From: Trypethelium eluteriae | Lineage: Eukaryota | DNA: 51,656 bases | Direction of reading: 5' to 3' | Assembly (NCBI GenBank): GCA_051942245.1 | Contig: JAVECL010000107.1 | Span: 1-51,656 of the forward strand | In this document: one piece after another, positions 34,883-47,809 of the stretch | Layout of the letters: the number at the start of each line of letters is the position of its first letter | Position numbering within the stretch: position 1 is the stretch's first letter | The notes under the pieces: generated by a model | Databases searched by the model: none | Seen by the model: the letters and a program-made list of their open reading frames with translations, nothing else | Told to the model about the DNA's origin: nothing | Program-made: the position numbers and the translations under genes

Positions 34883-35345
34883 AATGATGTGACCGTCACT
34901 CGTGATCAAATCCCATGCTCAATCCTGTGCTTAGCGGAGACATATACGGAATGATATGAGATGGCTTGCTTATAGACTGCGGGATAAAGGCAATATGGCA
35001 TGATTTGACGTATGACTTGCCTCAGGATGACGTTCAAATTTGCTAGAAAGCTTCTTGGAAAGGCTTAATTATCTAGGCTCTAATATTCATCAATTGCTGC
35101 GCAAAATCGCTGTGGATAAAGTTCTCTATAGAAAGCTGAATGGCTGCAAGAAAACCGTCTTGTACATCTGAAGAGTGTCCTCAGCCTAAGCGCATGAAAG
35201 ATGTATCCTCCACGGGTCAATCCATCCGAATAAATCCATCTGTTAAACTCAAGAAGCTGCCCTCTACCTGACTCATAAAGACGTCGACTGCCATGAGGAG
35301 CATGAGTAATCCAATTCCTACCATCGGGGCGATTTCAACTCCACG

Positions 35346-36767
35346 TCAATCATCGAACTTGATGCCCTTTGGCGTCGTATCAATAGCGCCACCCCGATAG
35401 CTGCCCCTCTTCTTCTTGTTCTTCTCTTTCGTGAAGCCCTTCCCCTTGGTCACGCTCAGATCCTGGTAAGCGCGGTCGGCATAATCGTACGGCACGTACT
35501 TGTTTGACGCGAAGCGAGGATCCACCTGCGTGTCTTTCGGGATACGGCTAAAGGGCTCTTTGCCGTGCTTGTTGAGTTTTTGGGGATTGTTGAAGGAGGT
35601 AGAGGCCACAGGCGGGTCTTCACGTTTGCGCTTAAGGGGTCTCGTATCGGTAGGTTCAGAAGATTCGGTTGTCTTGATTGGACTGCCTTTGATAGTGCTG
35701 CTAGAAGCGGAGGCAGCGCTGTCGGATGCGTACAGGCCGAGCGTGCCCTTGGATTGCTTGGCTTCAACTTTGGGTGGGACTTTCTCGGGGTTGGGCAAGC
35801 TATCGCTTTCGTTCTCGCTGCTATTGTCAGACTTGGAATCGGAGTCAGACTCGGATGTGGAGGTCTCGCTCGCAGAATCGTCATCGCTGGCATCTTGATT
35901 CTGCTCCTTTTCTGACGAGGCAGAACTGCCTGACACGGAGCTTCCACTAGTGCTAGCACTCCCATCAGATTCACCCTCGGAATCGCTTGAGGACTCAGAG
36001 CTCGATGCTTGGTTGTCAACACCTGCTGGCATCTGTTTGTCGACTTCAACGAGCTTTCTCTTCTTGGGGGGGCCTCCTTCATCCACTGACTCGGAGTCCG
36101 ACCCGGAGCCTGAATCTGAGCTGGAGTCGGACTCAGAGGACGAGTCGGAAGAATTGGATAGCGATTGCAACCTTTTCCGGAGCATTTGACTGTTCTTTGG
36201 AGCCTCGATTGATGCTGTATTGTTTTCTTCAGAACTTTCAGCTGATGACGATGAAGATGCTTTGGATGCGGCCTTGAGTTCGCTTGCATCTGAAATGCTT
36301 GTATTGGTGTCACTTTCGGAATCGCTCTTCGACTCAATTCTCAGGCCATTTTTTGCACTGTTCTTTTCGTCGGTGGCTTCATTGCGACTTGTGTCATTTT
36401 CTTCTCCATCATCATCACTTGCTACGGCCTCGGCAGAGCTTCTTGATTGCTGAGATTTCGCATTGGTTTGTTCGGGTCTGTGCTGTTTTACCCAAAAACT
36501 GTACAATTCAGCTAGGTCCGGGAGTTCCTGCGCAGCTCCGTCAAAGGATGCAGAAGCGCTTCGCAACTTGGATTCTTTGCTTAAAGCCCGGGCTGCATAA
36601 TCGTAATGGTTGTTTTGGAGGAAGGTATGGACAAGGAGTATGAGCGGGGGAGGTGGGTGGGATTCTGGACTTGTGGATGGGTTGAAGGATCCCTTAGTTT
36701 TGGCAGGGACTGACCCAGCTGCAAGGGAGGTATCTTTTCCAGCGTCGGCGCGCTTTCTCTTAGCCAT
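35346..36767 (-). CDS. SRP40: Nucleolar Srp40/Nopp140-like protein
   Basis: LisH-like N-terminus (LVHTFLQNNHYDYAARAL), Ser/acidic repeats and SRP40_C motif (AYQDLSVTKGKGFTKEKNKKKRGSYRGGAID...KFDD). Confidence 0.93.
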   Translation of the reverse strand: MAKRKRADAGKDTSLAAGSVPAKTKGSFNPSTSPESHPPPPLILLVHTFLQNNHYDYAARALSKESKLRSASASFDGAAQELPDLAELYSFWVKQHRPEQTNAKSQQSRSSAEAVASDDDGEENDTSRNEATDEKNSAKNGLRIESKSDSESDTNTSISDASELKAASKASSSSSAESSEENNTASIEAPKNSQMLRKRLQSLSNSSDSSSESDSSSDSGSGSDSESVDEGGPPKKRKLVEVDKQMPAGVDNQASSSESSSDSEGESDGSASTSGSSVSGSSASSEKEQNQDASDDDSASETSTSESDSDSKSDNSSENESDSLPNPEKVPPKVEAKQSKGTLGLYASDSAASASSSTIKGSPIKTTESSEPTDTRPLKRKREDPPVASTSFNNPQKLNKHGKEPFSRIPKDTQVDPRFASNKYVPYDYADRAYQDLSVTKGKGFTKEKNKKKRGSYRGGAIDTTPKGIKFDD

Positions 36768-36855
36768 GGCTGATCATGAACAAAGGCACTTCGTAATTAG
36801 AGAGAAGTAGGCACATGGAAAGTTAGCAGTTCACTTCACCGACTTAGTACCTACC

Positions 36856-36864
36856 AAAAATTTT
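36856..36864. promoter_or_regulatory. RRPE-like motif AAAAATTTT upstream of SRP40
   Basis: AAAAATTTT about 90 bp upstream of the ATG of a nucleolar gene. Matches the core of the yeast ribosome-biogenesis RRPE element. Confidence 0.35.
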
Positions 36865-37351
36865 AGGCGCGATTTCTGGGAGCTGCGGTGGGCTGCACGA
36901 CTCGGCGGGAGCTAGAACGGGATAGGAATAGCTTCATCTTCGACTTGGATGGTGCCTCTTCCGAGGATCGACATGCAACTGCAAGACAAGCTATTGAAAC
37001 TGTCCCACCTCACGCCGTAATTCCGCCCGGCCTCTTCTTCGAACTTTTCTATTTCTACGATACCTTTGCTTTCTTTCACCCGTATCGATTCCTGACTGGA
37101 AGTAGTCTCCTTCTTTCATTCTGGCCACGTTGTCTAATGTGCAAGCTTTCTGGCTAGATTGCATTGCTTCTCCGCTCCTTGAACTTTGCTTAGACCATCG
37201 AGACCCGGCTTTCACTAATGGTCGCTCCCTCCGTTCCCTTCAGGTCATCCTCTTAGGCCATTGCTGGAACTTGTCTGTCCTGTGAATGGGTACGACCTTC
37301 CCTGGAAAAAGGCCCAAAGCTCTTTCTGAATAGGAAGTCACGGAAGCTATC

Positions 37352-40300
37352 ATGGATAATGTCAATGGCTACGCCCGCCACCGCAATCCCTCGAACCTGT
37401 CTGTGGCTTCTGGTGGTCCGGCAGGCGAACCTGGCAGGCGCGAGCCGGCTCCACCACAGCCACGCAATGCCTCTTCAAACGCCAACATGACTCGGGCAGA
37501 GAGGTTCGAGGATGAAAAAAGGAGGATAATAGAGAGTTGCTTCTCCAAAGTGGATATCAACGGACAACGTACGTATCTTGCCTCTAAGATGTGGCGTGCA
37601 TATCAACTGCGTTTCTCTTACATACCACTTCATTAGTCGGCGAGTCATACATTACCCACATACGGGTTCAGGAAGATGCTGCTTATCCTTCAAGTCCTCC
37701 ACCGCCGACCTCTCCGTCCGAGAACAGAAAACCGCGAGTGATCATCATATCCGTCCGCAACACAGGCCGAGTTAGGATGCACAAGGCGAGAGAAAATTCC
37801 AATTCCTCATTTTCGATAGGAAAAACATGGAACTTGGAAGACTTGACAGCAGTTGAATCGTTTACTGGTGGAACACCTGCCTCTCCTGACGATGCTCGCC
37901 GGAGGCAATGGGCTGGACCTGTCGGATTTATTGTGACAATCGCGAAGCCGTATTACTGGCAGGCGGGCACTGCCAAGGAGAAAGAATTCTTCATCGGTAG
38001 CTTGGTCAAGATTTACAGGAAATACACCCAGGGGAGAGTTCCGCAAATGACGGGCTTTGATGCCCACGAGCAGGAGCAGATGCTGGGTGTCACTGGACAA
38101 CCAGCCAAGGGAAACCGTCCTCCTCCAACCCCAGAAGGTCCTCGCGGCCCAACACGCCCGCCAACCGCAGGAAGTCGAGCGCCTTCAGGTTCGGAGGAGC
38201 GCCAGCCCTATCAAGCATATCACCAACCGTCTTCTGAGAAAGCTCAGAGACCCGCTCCTCTGCAGCCTCCACAGGGGCACAGTCCAGGCCTTCAACCAAG
38301 AGCCATGAGCTCTCAAGAGCGTGTGGCTCGTCAGAGACCAAGTCGCGAACAAATGCGGCCTGCACCAAGCCCCGGTATCCCGCCGTCGCAGCGCTTGACT
38401 CCGGAATCATCGCGGTCTGAACTGGGTGGGCAGAGGTCTGTGTCCCCGGAAGAGTCGAGTGTGTCCTCGAAAGCGACGAGCAACGCGCCGATCCCGGTTC
38501 CAACACAAAGTCCCCAGAGACAATTTAGTCAAAGGCCGACACGGAATGATGAGACGCCGACGGATGGCGAAAGAACGCCGAATGGTACAAACCTATTCAT
38601 GTCTGCTGTTGATCGGTTTAAGCCTTCAGCTTTACCTGGGGAGGAAAAGGTATCTGCTGGGGGTAACAGGCGCTCTCCAATCTCTCAAAATAGCAGCAGC
38701 CTATCTATTCCCAGTAGAGAGGGCGCTGTTAACGAACCAGAAGATAGAAAAGTTCCAGAGCGTAGAAGACCTCCGATGGTTGCTGGGAAGAGCGAGGGAG
38801 GACGAAGTCAACCAAGTGACAAGTCGGTGGATAGCTTTCGGACTCCGACGACTTCGCCACTTAGTCGCAAGGCTGCGGAAGAAGATCATGAACGTGAAGA
38901 GACGAACCCTCCTGAGGAACCCGGTTTTCCTGGCAGTCGCCTACGCCCGTCCCCACTCGGTTTAGTTGGAAGAATATCTTCAGATCCCGCTACAAAAGCT
39001 CCTGCTTCTGGTACTGCGGCAATTTCGAATAGCACACCAACGGCTACAGGTGAAGCTATTACACAGGACTCACCTTCGTCAGCCCCTGAAACTCCTGCGT
39101 CAGAAACTCCAGAAGAAGAGACGTTCAGGCCTGGTCTAGGGCCCATGATCAAGAAAAAGGCCAGGCCCGATGCAGCTGCCTTCTTTAGGAAAGCGGCAGC
39201 AGCACATAATGCCTTTAAGCCTCGCGCTGGCGGCGCAGGAAACAAACTTAATAACAACGACGTCAAGTCGCCGAATGAACCTGACGGGATATCTGCCGTT
39301 GTTCCAGCCCCCTCGCTAACACGAAATCTTTCCAGCCCTTCGGAGACCAGTTTAATAGAGAAACCGAGCACTCCACAGGCTCGAGAAGAAGTTCCCGAGC
39401 TCAAAGTATCGAGTCCTGAAAAGCCAACTGCGCAGGAAGCAGAGCATGCCCCTGCTGAGGCGACTGCGTCTTCCGAGACAAAAGACACCTTACAAAGACC
39501 AAATATCAATGGAAGGATGGAATCGAACGAGTCTCTTCTACCAGAAATACGTCGAAGAAAGCGACGATCAATGCAACATAACAAATATTTGACGATGTTG
39601 AATGTAGATTCAAATCTCTTAGAGGGCAAAGGACTGGACTTTGAATCGGCTTTGAGCGATTTTGGCTGGGGCAATGAACTGATGCCTTCAAGAAAATTGG
39701 AAGCCATGGAAGCCGACGTGCGTAGGGAATTAGGCCGAGTCGAGGCTGGAAGTTGGCTTGGTCATTTAGAACAAAAAGATGATCGGGTCGAAATGGTGGA
39801 GAAAATGCTTGATAAGGCGATTGCAGAATGTGAAGAGTTTGAGGGTCTCTTGACGCTCTACGGTGTTGAGCTAAGTGTGAGAACCTTTCGAACGGAAAGA
39901 CGTATTGGAAGCCGACTAATTATATCTTCAGAGCCTCAACGACGACGTCGCGTTTATTGAAGCACAGTCACAAGGCCTCCAAGTACAGACGGCGAACCAG
40001 AAGCTGCTCCAGAACGAGCTCGAAGGTTTGGTTGATACGATTTCGATACGTGACGATCAACTCGATTCTCTAAGGAGAGCGCCAATTGAAAATCCGAGTG
40101 GATTAGAAGCCATAGAGTCCTCTCTTTTGCTCCTTTACAAGGCCATGTTGACGATTGATCCTGCGATGCGTCAAATGAACGATGTTTATGGATCGTCCGG
40201 GAAGGGCCCAGATCGATTGAGCAAGTCAAGTGTTAATGGCCTGGGCGGAAGCGAACTTTCTGGCATGCGCGCGTTGCAGGAGAAGAGAGTCACATATCTT

Positions 40301-42156
40301 AACGAGACCAGTGATTTCCTTGAGCGATTTAAACAGTTCATGGATTCTTCATTCAGAACAACGCTGGCTTCTACCAGTCAAAGTCGATCCAGTGGGATTG
40401 GCGGTGCTACCAGATTGGACCTTGACGCGCACGAGAATGCCCGTGGTGGACTTTGGCAGTACAGCCCCCTGCTTCTCTTCACTAAGGAAATTGACCGAAA
40501 AGCATGGGAAAACATCCTCCAGCTGTACCAATTCCGGGCTCGGGGAATCTACCAGGATCAGTCTCGCGACAACACTGCTACATGGAAGAAGACCGTCCGT
40601 AAACAAGTCGGCGAAGACCATTCCATCCTTTTCACTTCACAAGAAAAAGAAGCTGAGGGTCTCTCCAGTACTGCACGAAAACTAACGGTCAAGAGAAGTC
40701 AGACATTAGCTAAAAGCTTCCGAACTGGGTCAGGCGAGAAATCTTCCACATCGGCGGACAAAAATCAAATAGGACGATTACAACCTTCCGAGGCTTTCGC
40801 GGGAGCAATGAACGAGATGATTCCCCTTATTTTCAGGGAGCAAAACTTCATAGTGGATTTTTTCCATGCCACGTCTCTAGAAACGGCTGACTTTGCAGAT
40901 CTCGTGGCATCTCTCCCACCACATGCTCGTTATGGATCACAATTGCAATTGCCGAAGCAATTTGAACCAGATCGAGCAATGGCTAAGCGCATTGCAGACG
41001 TGATGGATGATTTGTATTCCTTCTGGCCTGCAGAAGTACAAAATATGGTGGAATGGGCTTTGTCATCTGATCCACTGTGAGCTCTACAGCGCTCCTTGAA
41101 ATGTACGCCGGGTGTGAGACTGACTCGGTATTTAGACAAGGCATTGGCCTACTGGGCTTTATCGAGCGCCGACTCCTCGATTTCGAAGACACCAATCAAG
41201 ACTACCTCAACAAGACCCTTACCAAGATACACGAACGGCTCGCTGGTCTCTTCAATCGCTTCGTCGACGAGCAAACAAGAGCAATCGAGGATACCAAAGT
41301 CAAGATTAAGAAGCGCAAAGGCGTCATTGCATTCATCCGGACATTTCCCAATTTCTCTGCTGCCATTGAAAATATGCTACCCACCGGCGATGGCGCTGAA
41401 CGTCTCGAAATTCGCAATATGGTCGATGATGCATATCAAAAGATTAACAAGTCCATGTTTGATTCACTCAAGGTCATTGCTAAGGAAGGTCCAGCGGCGC
41501 GTGTGCCGGGTCAAGTACAAGGCATTGCAGTGCAAAGTCAGGGCGTGAACGACCCCGAGGACAAAGAGGCTCTCAACTATCACATTTTGCTAATTGAGAA
41601 TATGAATCATTATATTGAGGAAGTTGACGACAGGGCTAGCATTGTGATTGCTGAGTGGAAAAAGAGAGCGGTGACTGAAATGCAGGAGCATATGGAGGCC
41701 TATGTCAATGCTGTGATCAGGCGCCCTCTTGGTAAAGTTCTGGTATGTCCTCTAGAATGCGCTCCAAGCTTTTCTCTCTGCAATGACTGCTAACCGCTCG
41801 TCACTCTACAGGATCTCCTGGAGTCGACCGAGCTACTATTACAGAATATGTCTCCCCAGGAGCTGTCACAGCGGCCATCACATTCTCGTTCAGTCTTCAA
41901 GAAGCTTCTCTCAAATTACGACTCGAAGGAGATCCGACGCGGCGTCGACGCTTTGCGCAAACGGATCGAGAAACATTTCGGCGAGGCCGATGATCCAACG
42001 ATTAGCCGCAAACTCGTTGGTCTCGTGCTCGAGAGCTGTCAAGCTCGGTATGAAGACACGTGTCAGCGACTATCTACCATCGTTCGGGATGTATACGATA
42101 GCAGTATTGAGATGGACTGGGGACCGGATGACGTTCGTAATTGTTTCAGGGCATGA
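37352..42156 (+). CDS. SEC3: Exocyst subunit Sec3
   Basis: Multi-exon. RAERFEDEKRRIIESCFSK, YITHIRVQED, GRVRMHKAREN...FSIGKTWNLEDL, ECEEFEGLLTLY, IEDTKVKIKKRKGVIAF, EDKEALNYHILLIENMNHY, LRKRIEKHF. Confidence 0.95.
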
Positions 42157-42849
42157 GATGGGCTCTGTTTCTTTAATTCATCTCGACCTGTAAATAATAC
42201 GGCGGCGGTTTGAAGATATCCCTAACTCTTGTTTGTGTGGGGGGGTTTTTTTCCCGCGCTGCAAAATGTCTTGGAGGGAGGTAAGACTGATATATCTTAG
42301 AAGAGGCGGGTCTAGTGTGCTGATCTTGAAATAGCGTATCGAACGGCGGTGTTGTTTTTCTCAATTCCATGTATCCGAATATTTCAGGAATACCCTGTCC
42401 AGGGCAGTGCATATGTATCGGTTCTGTGCTTGAATCACTAGAGAACGACGATCATTTTCCGAATGAAGAGGAGGCTAACGCACGTGCGTGCCATGTGAGC
42501 TTTGACTTAGTGGGAAGTATAGTAGATATTAGGTTTTCCGGTCATGCGGTGGCTGCATAGGGGAGAGAGCATTCTCAATCGGAAGCGAGCCTTCCCTTTA
42601 GTTACGCTGATGATTTGCAGGATTGCGAATTGATTTTCTGGAAAAACCCGGTGTCTCGTCGCCGGACCGGGCAGGTATCTCGACCGCGATCGTGGTATTG
42701 AGTCTTCATGATAATGACGACCAATGTGAATCCGTTAATGCTTTGGAGACAGAGGAAGAATTTAGGAGTCTCCCGGCAAAGATGTCTAGCTTGTGCTTCT
42801 TGGTAGGCTAAGCGCTAGATGCGTCTCGCCTCTTAAACAAGCAAAATCT

Positions 42850-42858
42850 TATATATAA
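42850..42858 (+). promoter_or_regulatory. TATA box candidate
   Basis: TATATATAA about 100 bp upstream of ATG 42957. Confidence 0.45.
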
Positions 42859-42956
42859 GCATTATCGGGTAGCGGTGTGAGAAGAAGTACAGCTAACGGG
42901 TTCAGATCCACTTACCTGCCTTCTAGTTCCCTTTGTTGTCTCAGCATCCATATATT

Positions 42957-44200
42957 ATGGCCCACGTGTCAGTCCCATCAGTCCCATACACGCCCCAATT
43001 TTACTACGTCTTTCAAGAGCCACCTTCCCTAGACACAGCAAGAAGAACGCACGAAATGACCTCGGCTGTTCACTCATGGTTCGATGCTGGTATACCCTTC
43101 TTCACTATGCAGGCTATTCGAGACGTCTGTCAGCAGCTCGACAGGTTTAACAAGAATGGCCGAAAAATCTTGGTGAAGGGACTTGATGGGACCATGGTCG
43201 AGTACAAAATCATGACAGGTCGTAAGATAAGATGCTTTGAGCCCAACAGAGAGTGGATTGTGTAATGCTACCACTTCCTTTATCGTTCATGGAAGAGTTT
43301 ATCCACTTATCCAGAGCAGGCAGCTAATAGAATTGCAGGGGAAAGCCACTTCTCTATTACGTTCCTATTCAGACCCTGACCTCAGTTGAATTGGATAACA
43401 AGCCTGGTGTAGCTTGTTGCAATCTGGTCGTCCGCTATGAAATAGAAGTACGCGATAAATACACAAAGGAAATTATCAATGATTGTCAACACCTATCGTT
43501 TGAAGAAGTCCAGAGATTCTTCGTTACTATGCGCGAAATTTGGGAAGCCAGTCAGCCGTGTAAGCAGCTGAGGTCGATGTTGGCATCGAAAAGGACGCAG
43601 CTGAAGGTGACCAAAATTGTCAGTTTCGCCTGTGCGTCAGTATCACACGATCACCGCAGTAGAGAGGCTCGTCGAGCTGCCTTTCAGCATGCACTGATCT
43701 TGACTTTACGCGATATCTTTGACAAGGGACGGGGAAAGTACAACAAAATCAGATGCTATGCGCAAGACCCGATCTACACCAGTGTCGATAAGTTGGTGCT
43801 TCAGCATTTCGGGATTGATGTCCTGGACAACCCCAGGGGGCTGTTAGAGGTGGACGATTTTTCGGTCGTAATTTCATGTGCCGCCGACTTCTGTGTCAAA
43901 CAAATAGTTTCGGATCTTGCAAAGCCAGCTATGATGATCTGGGATAGAGTTCATGAGGATGCAGAGGCCGATGAAACGATTTGCGGCCTTCCCTGGTAAG
44001 GCTGTCTCTGATCTCTGCACCAATGTCGACTGATTAAGCATTTGCTGACAAGACCCTGAAGTACGGATCCCGGCTCTTCTCGCCTCAGAAAACTGATCCA
44101 TGACTACTACGAGACGATCGAGTTTCCACGTGATAGAGAGCATTTCGGGGACATTGCTATCTACGCCAGGCGTACAGACAGCCCTACATGCCCAAACTGA
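42957..44200 (+). CDS. Hypothetical protein with SRR1-like domain
   Basis: Exons 42957-43262, 43339-43995 and 44062-44200. KIVSFACAS, FQHALILTL, CYAQDPIYTSVDK, GLLEVDDFSVVIS, VKQIVSDLAKPAMMIW and TDPGSSRL resemble a widespread Pezizomycotina SRR1-like family. Confidence 0.72.
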
Positions 44201-45464
44201 TGACGGCTCTCCACGGGGTGCACAGCGGAATCGGGTGCAGCTCCGGGTGTTAAAAAAGAAATTGCTGCCCTCTACATGAGCACGGATTGGGCCTTCAGGG
44301 CCATTCGCTCCCAATAATCTCGGAACGGATCCCGTCATCAGCCGTGCATCCCGAAGATTGAACGACGCCGTAGTGCACTATTGGCAGGTTGCCTCGGCCC
44401 CGGGGTCGCTTTGAGTGATTATTTGGAGGTTTCACAGCCGTTGATAACCATTTGCAAGTTTGATTCGCCAGAGCGATCGTGACACTGCTGGTTAATGGTG
44501 GATGGTCATGTGGGCCTCGCTCAGGACTGAGCTTTTCCATTGGCGAGCTGAAGGAGTTTTTACACAGGCTGCTTGGGATCTCAGATCCTCTTGTGCTACT
44601 AACACGAAGCGGTGATTGCAGTAGGACAGACGACTACCGACGACATTGTTGCGGCGTTGGCGGCCAGGTCCTTGGTAACGAAATGTGACAGCCTTGTGGA
44701 TCCAAGCAAGAACTATCACATTTTGTCACACGCAGTCTATTCGTCCGTTGCATGCGTAGCAGCTGACATGCATTCCTATTGATAGTTAACTACCATTCAC
44801 CTGCACGGCAAATCAGCAACTTAGAAAAGTGAACCCTTAATAGGGGAGGCCATATGGCTCAGTGTACCTCTCCGTATGCATTTAATTTAGGGAAAGGCGC
44901 CGAGTCGTCCAAGCTCCTCGTCGGGTTGCTTCACTGGGCAACTCGACTCTGGCGCTGGACTACAGTGGCGTCATGTGGGGAACTGCATGTTGCCCAACGA
45001 GGGGGAAGCAACTAGAGAGAGGCGTAGGAGGGTGCACATCATGCACATGTACGAAATTGGATGAGGGGCGTGCTTCACACTAGATGATTCCAAAGCTATG
45101 CTAAGACGTCGGGCTTTTCTAGTGGAAAATTGAGTGCATGCGGTACATATTGCTTGGCCCCTAAATGGTTCGCTTCTTGCAGTGCGCACACTGATGGGTT
45201 GAAACACTAATTATTCCGCGGCGGGATCTGCGACGATTGAACGACTGTGTTAAGCGACGATATCGTCCTATATGAATTTGTAACCTGGAATCCGCATCAT
45301 GGCTCTGTAGACCCGTGAGAGGAGTCTGCCTTAGAAGACTCTCGGCTTTAGTATCTATAGACTCGACAGCTAAATCCAAGACCAATGCTGAACGATTTCC
45401 TCCCCATACTCTAGGTGTTCAGCCAGTAAAAGTAACGCCTTGCCATGATTGGATATCAAAATGC

Positions 45465-45490
45465 TTCATCAAGTTCATCAAGTTCATCAA
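45465..45490. repeat. 9-bp tandem repeat (TTCATCAAG)x~3
   Basis: ttcatcaag ttcatcaag ttcatcaa read directly from the sequence. Confidence 0.8.
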
Positions 45491-45563
45491 ATGCAGCGCT
45501 AGACATGATCATGTCAGAATTTGACTTAGAAAAACCCCCGCTACGCAGTTGCTGATTTGTGCG

Positions 45564-46133
45564 TCAAGGCTTCCCCACTGATGTCGGTCTTTCTCCCCTT
45601 CGTCTTGCTTCTTCACGGATAAGCCTGTCCACAAGCTCATCCTGTGTTGCACTTTCCCCCCCAGCAGAACGGGCAGCACTAGCTATATAGCCGCCTTGTT
45701 CTTCGAGAATTAGCGGCGTAACAGGTCCAGGACTCCCCAATGGCTCCAACTTGGGACTGTCCGGTTTGGCTGATACACCACAGGATGACGCGACTGGTGA
45801 CCTCCGCATAGCTGTTGCAATGATGTCTCTTTGGTAGGCCTGAAGCTGCTTCTGAATGTCGTTGTACTGCCGTTGCTGCTGCCGTGGTGAAACTGGTGGC
45901 TGCGAGCTTGTCACCCCAGAGCTAGGTGTGTTTCCGGCACTGGAATGTTGAGCAGAAGGAAAGTTGGCCGGGTGGAAAGGCGGCAGGGAAGGGAGTTTGA
46001 TCGATGCATTGCTGCCATGGGGTGCACCCGGCCGCAGTCTTGGTTGAGATAGCATCCTGGTGATGGGACTGGTATGAGTGGAAGAAGACAGTGCTGTCGG
46101 TTGGAGCAGCGGCGAGGTAGGTTCTGGATTCAT
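45564..46133 (-). CDS. Hypothetical Pro/Ser-rich protein (start uncertain)
   Basis: About 190-aa ORF with conserved-looking blocks LPSLPPFHPANF, PKLEPLGSPGPVTPLILEE and LVDRLIREE. An upstream exon is possible. Confidence 0.7.
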   Translation of the reverse strand: MNPEPTSPLLQPTALSSSTHTSPITRMLSQPRLRPGAPHGSNASIKLPSLPPFHPANFPSAQHSSAGNTPSSGVTSSQPPVSPRQQQRQYNDIQKQLQAYQRDIIATAMRRSPVASSCGVSAKPDSPKLEPLGSPGPVTPLILEEQGGYIASAARSAGGESATQDELVDRLIREEARRRGERPTSVGKP

Positions 46134-46483
46134 CACTTCTACATGGGGCCAGTATGCTTATGAAGGCCCCCTAGGACGTGGATGGACGTGTTGGCGGAAA
46201 TAGGTGGACGGTGGACCCTGACGGCGAGGATTTAGGGTTCAATGGCGGAATGAGATGGTGGGGAAGAGGGTTCGAAGCAGAGCTGACGATCTTAAAACAC
46301 CCAAGCAATCGGGCTGGGGGAAGGCGAGGAAGCCGGGGAGGGAGCAAAGGGACAGTGGGGAGACGAGGGAGAAGTCGGATGTGCAAGGACCAGGAGGAGT
46401 CGAGTGCACCGTGACTGTTGGCAGATGGCGATCATGATCGCCCACTTGGCAGGGCTCTGGTGCTCTGGTGCCTCTCGTGAGTC

Positions 46484-46530
46484 TCGCCAAGGCGCTCGTC
46501 AGGGCTCTCGTCAGGGCTCCCGTCAGGCCC
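46484..46530. repeat. Degenerate 12-bp tandem repeat (CTCGTCAGGGCT)x~4
   Basis: ctcgccaaggcg ctcgtcagggct ctcgtcagggct cccgtcaggcc. Confidence 0.7.
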
Positions 46531-47809
46531 TCACGCTCGACGCTCTCGGTAGCGCTGCCGTTGCTCTGCCCGTCAACGCATCTGTGCGCGCGATGATGTC
46601 GTTGGAAGCTTTTCTACACCGGCTGCCCGGCCGGCTGAAGAAGTAGATGCTGGTGCGAATCATGTCGGCCTTCTGCGACGCTGGGCTGCCGTCCGTCATC
46701 GCGCAGCCTCCCATCCTCGTCTGAGGCTCAACTCCTGGCCACTGGTGCAAACCGCTGTCGAGAATGACATCGCCAGTCCGCCGTCCCAGCATTCCGCCAG
46801 TCCCTTCCACCCGCCGCTGCGGTGTTGAACAAACGCAAACGGTAACTTGACCGCTTGTTACACAAGCTACACTGGGGCGCTTGGCTGGCCCCGATATGCT
46901 CCAGTAGTGCGTATGCCGTCATGCGACTCTCGGGCCCTGCGCTGAGATTCAGGATGCCCTAGACGAACCCAGATTTCGCTCCTGCTGCCGATAACGACCT
47001 CTGTCCCTGGAGGTCCAGAGATCGGACATGACGTGGGCGGTTGGGGGAATTCTGGTATTCATGCTGGCGCACTCGCTCTCTGCGCGCTGGTCGTACAGCA
47101 TCCGCGAGACGGAAGACGGGCGAAGTTGATAGCTCCAAGCATCTACATCTCAATTGCGGCCGCTCTGCGGCGCTCTAGAGGCTTTTGTCTGAGTAGTTAA
47201 ACGACAAAATTGGGGCGATTACCAGCGATACCCTTGCTAGTTGGGCTGCGGAGCGGAGAGTGAAGGTTACGTTGTGGCGCCGGCAAGCCAGCCACAATAA
47301 TCGCTCTGGACTTTGCTTTCGCACCACCGCTTTCCCGTCCGTTGCTACCTTTGAACTACAATGGTTCCTCTCCTCTCTTTCCTCCCCTCCTACGCGGATT
47401 GAACAAACCACTTTCTGAGCAGCTGGCCTGCCTACTCTACACACTCCCTCCTTTCTCCGATACCCAGCTCGGGGGAGCCAAGGCTAGGAGTCGAGTGACT
47501 ATCCTCTGGTCCCATTGGTACAACCGTCTCAAAACAGGGACGGACGATTGCCTTGTGCCTACCGCTCCTAGTCCTGCCACATCGGAAGCGTTCAAGGTAA
47601 GAATTGCCCTCACAAAAAAAACTCTTTTCTCGGGCGCCAGCCTGACCAAGGCAGCAAACCTCCAAAACTTCAAGTCCGTCCCTCCGAAAAGAGCCGCCAA
47701 GCCCCTGCACAACTAGACGACCGTACAGTCTCTACAATATCCCACACTGGCATTTTGAGAAACAAGAGAGTAGCATAACTCGTAATCTTCCTTCAACATT
47801 CTCATTGGC

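Noticed and set aside
35456..36337. 293-aa alternative-frame ORF within SRP40
   Set aside because: Expected by-product of low-complexity Ser/Asp/Glu coding sequence; no domain features.
38886..39707. 273-aa antisense ORF inside SEC3
   Set aside because: Mirror frame of a disordered Pro/Ser-rich region.
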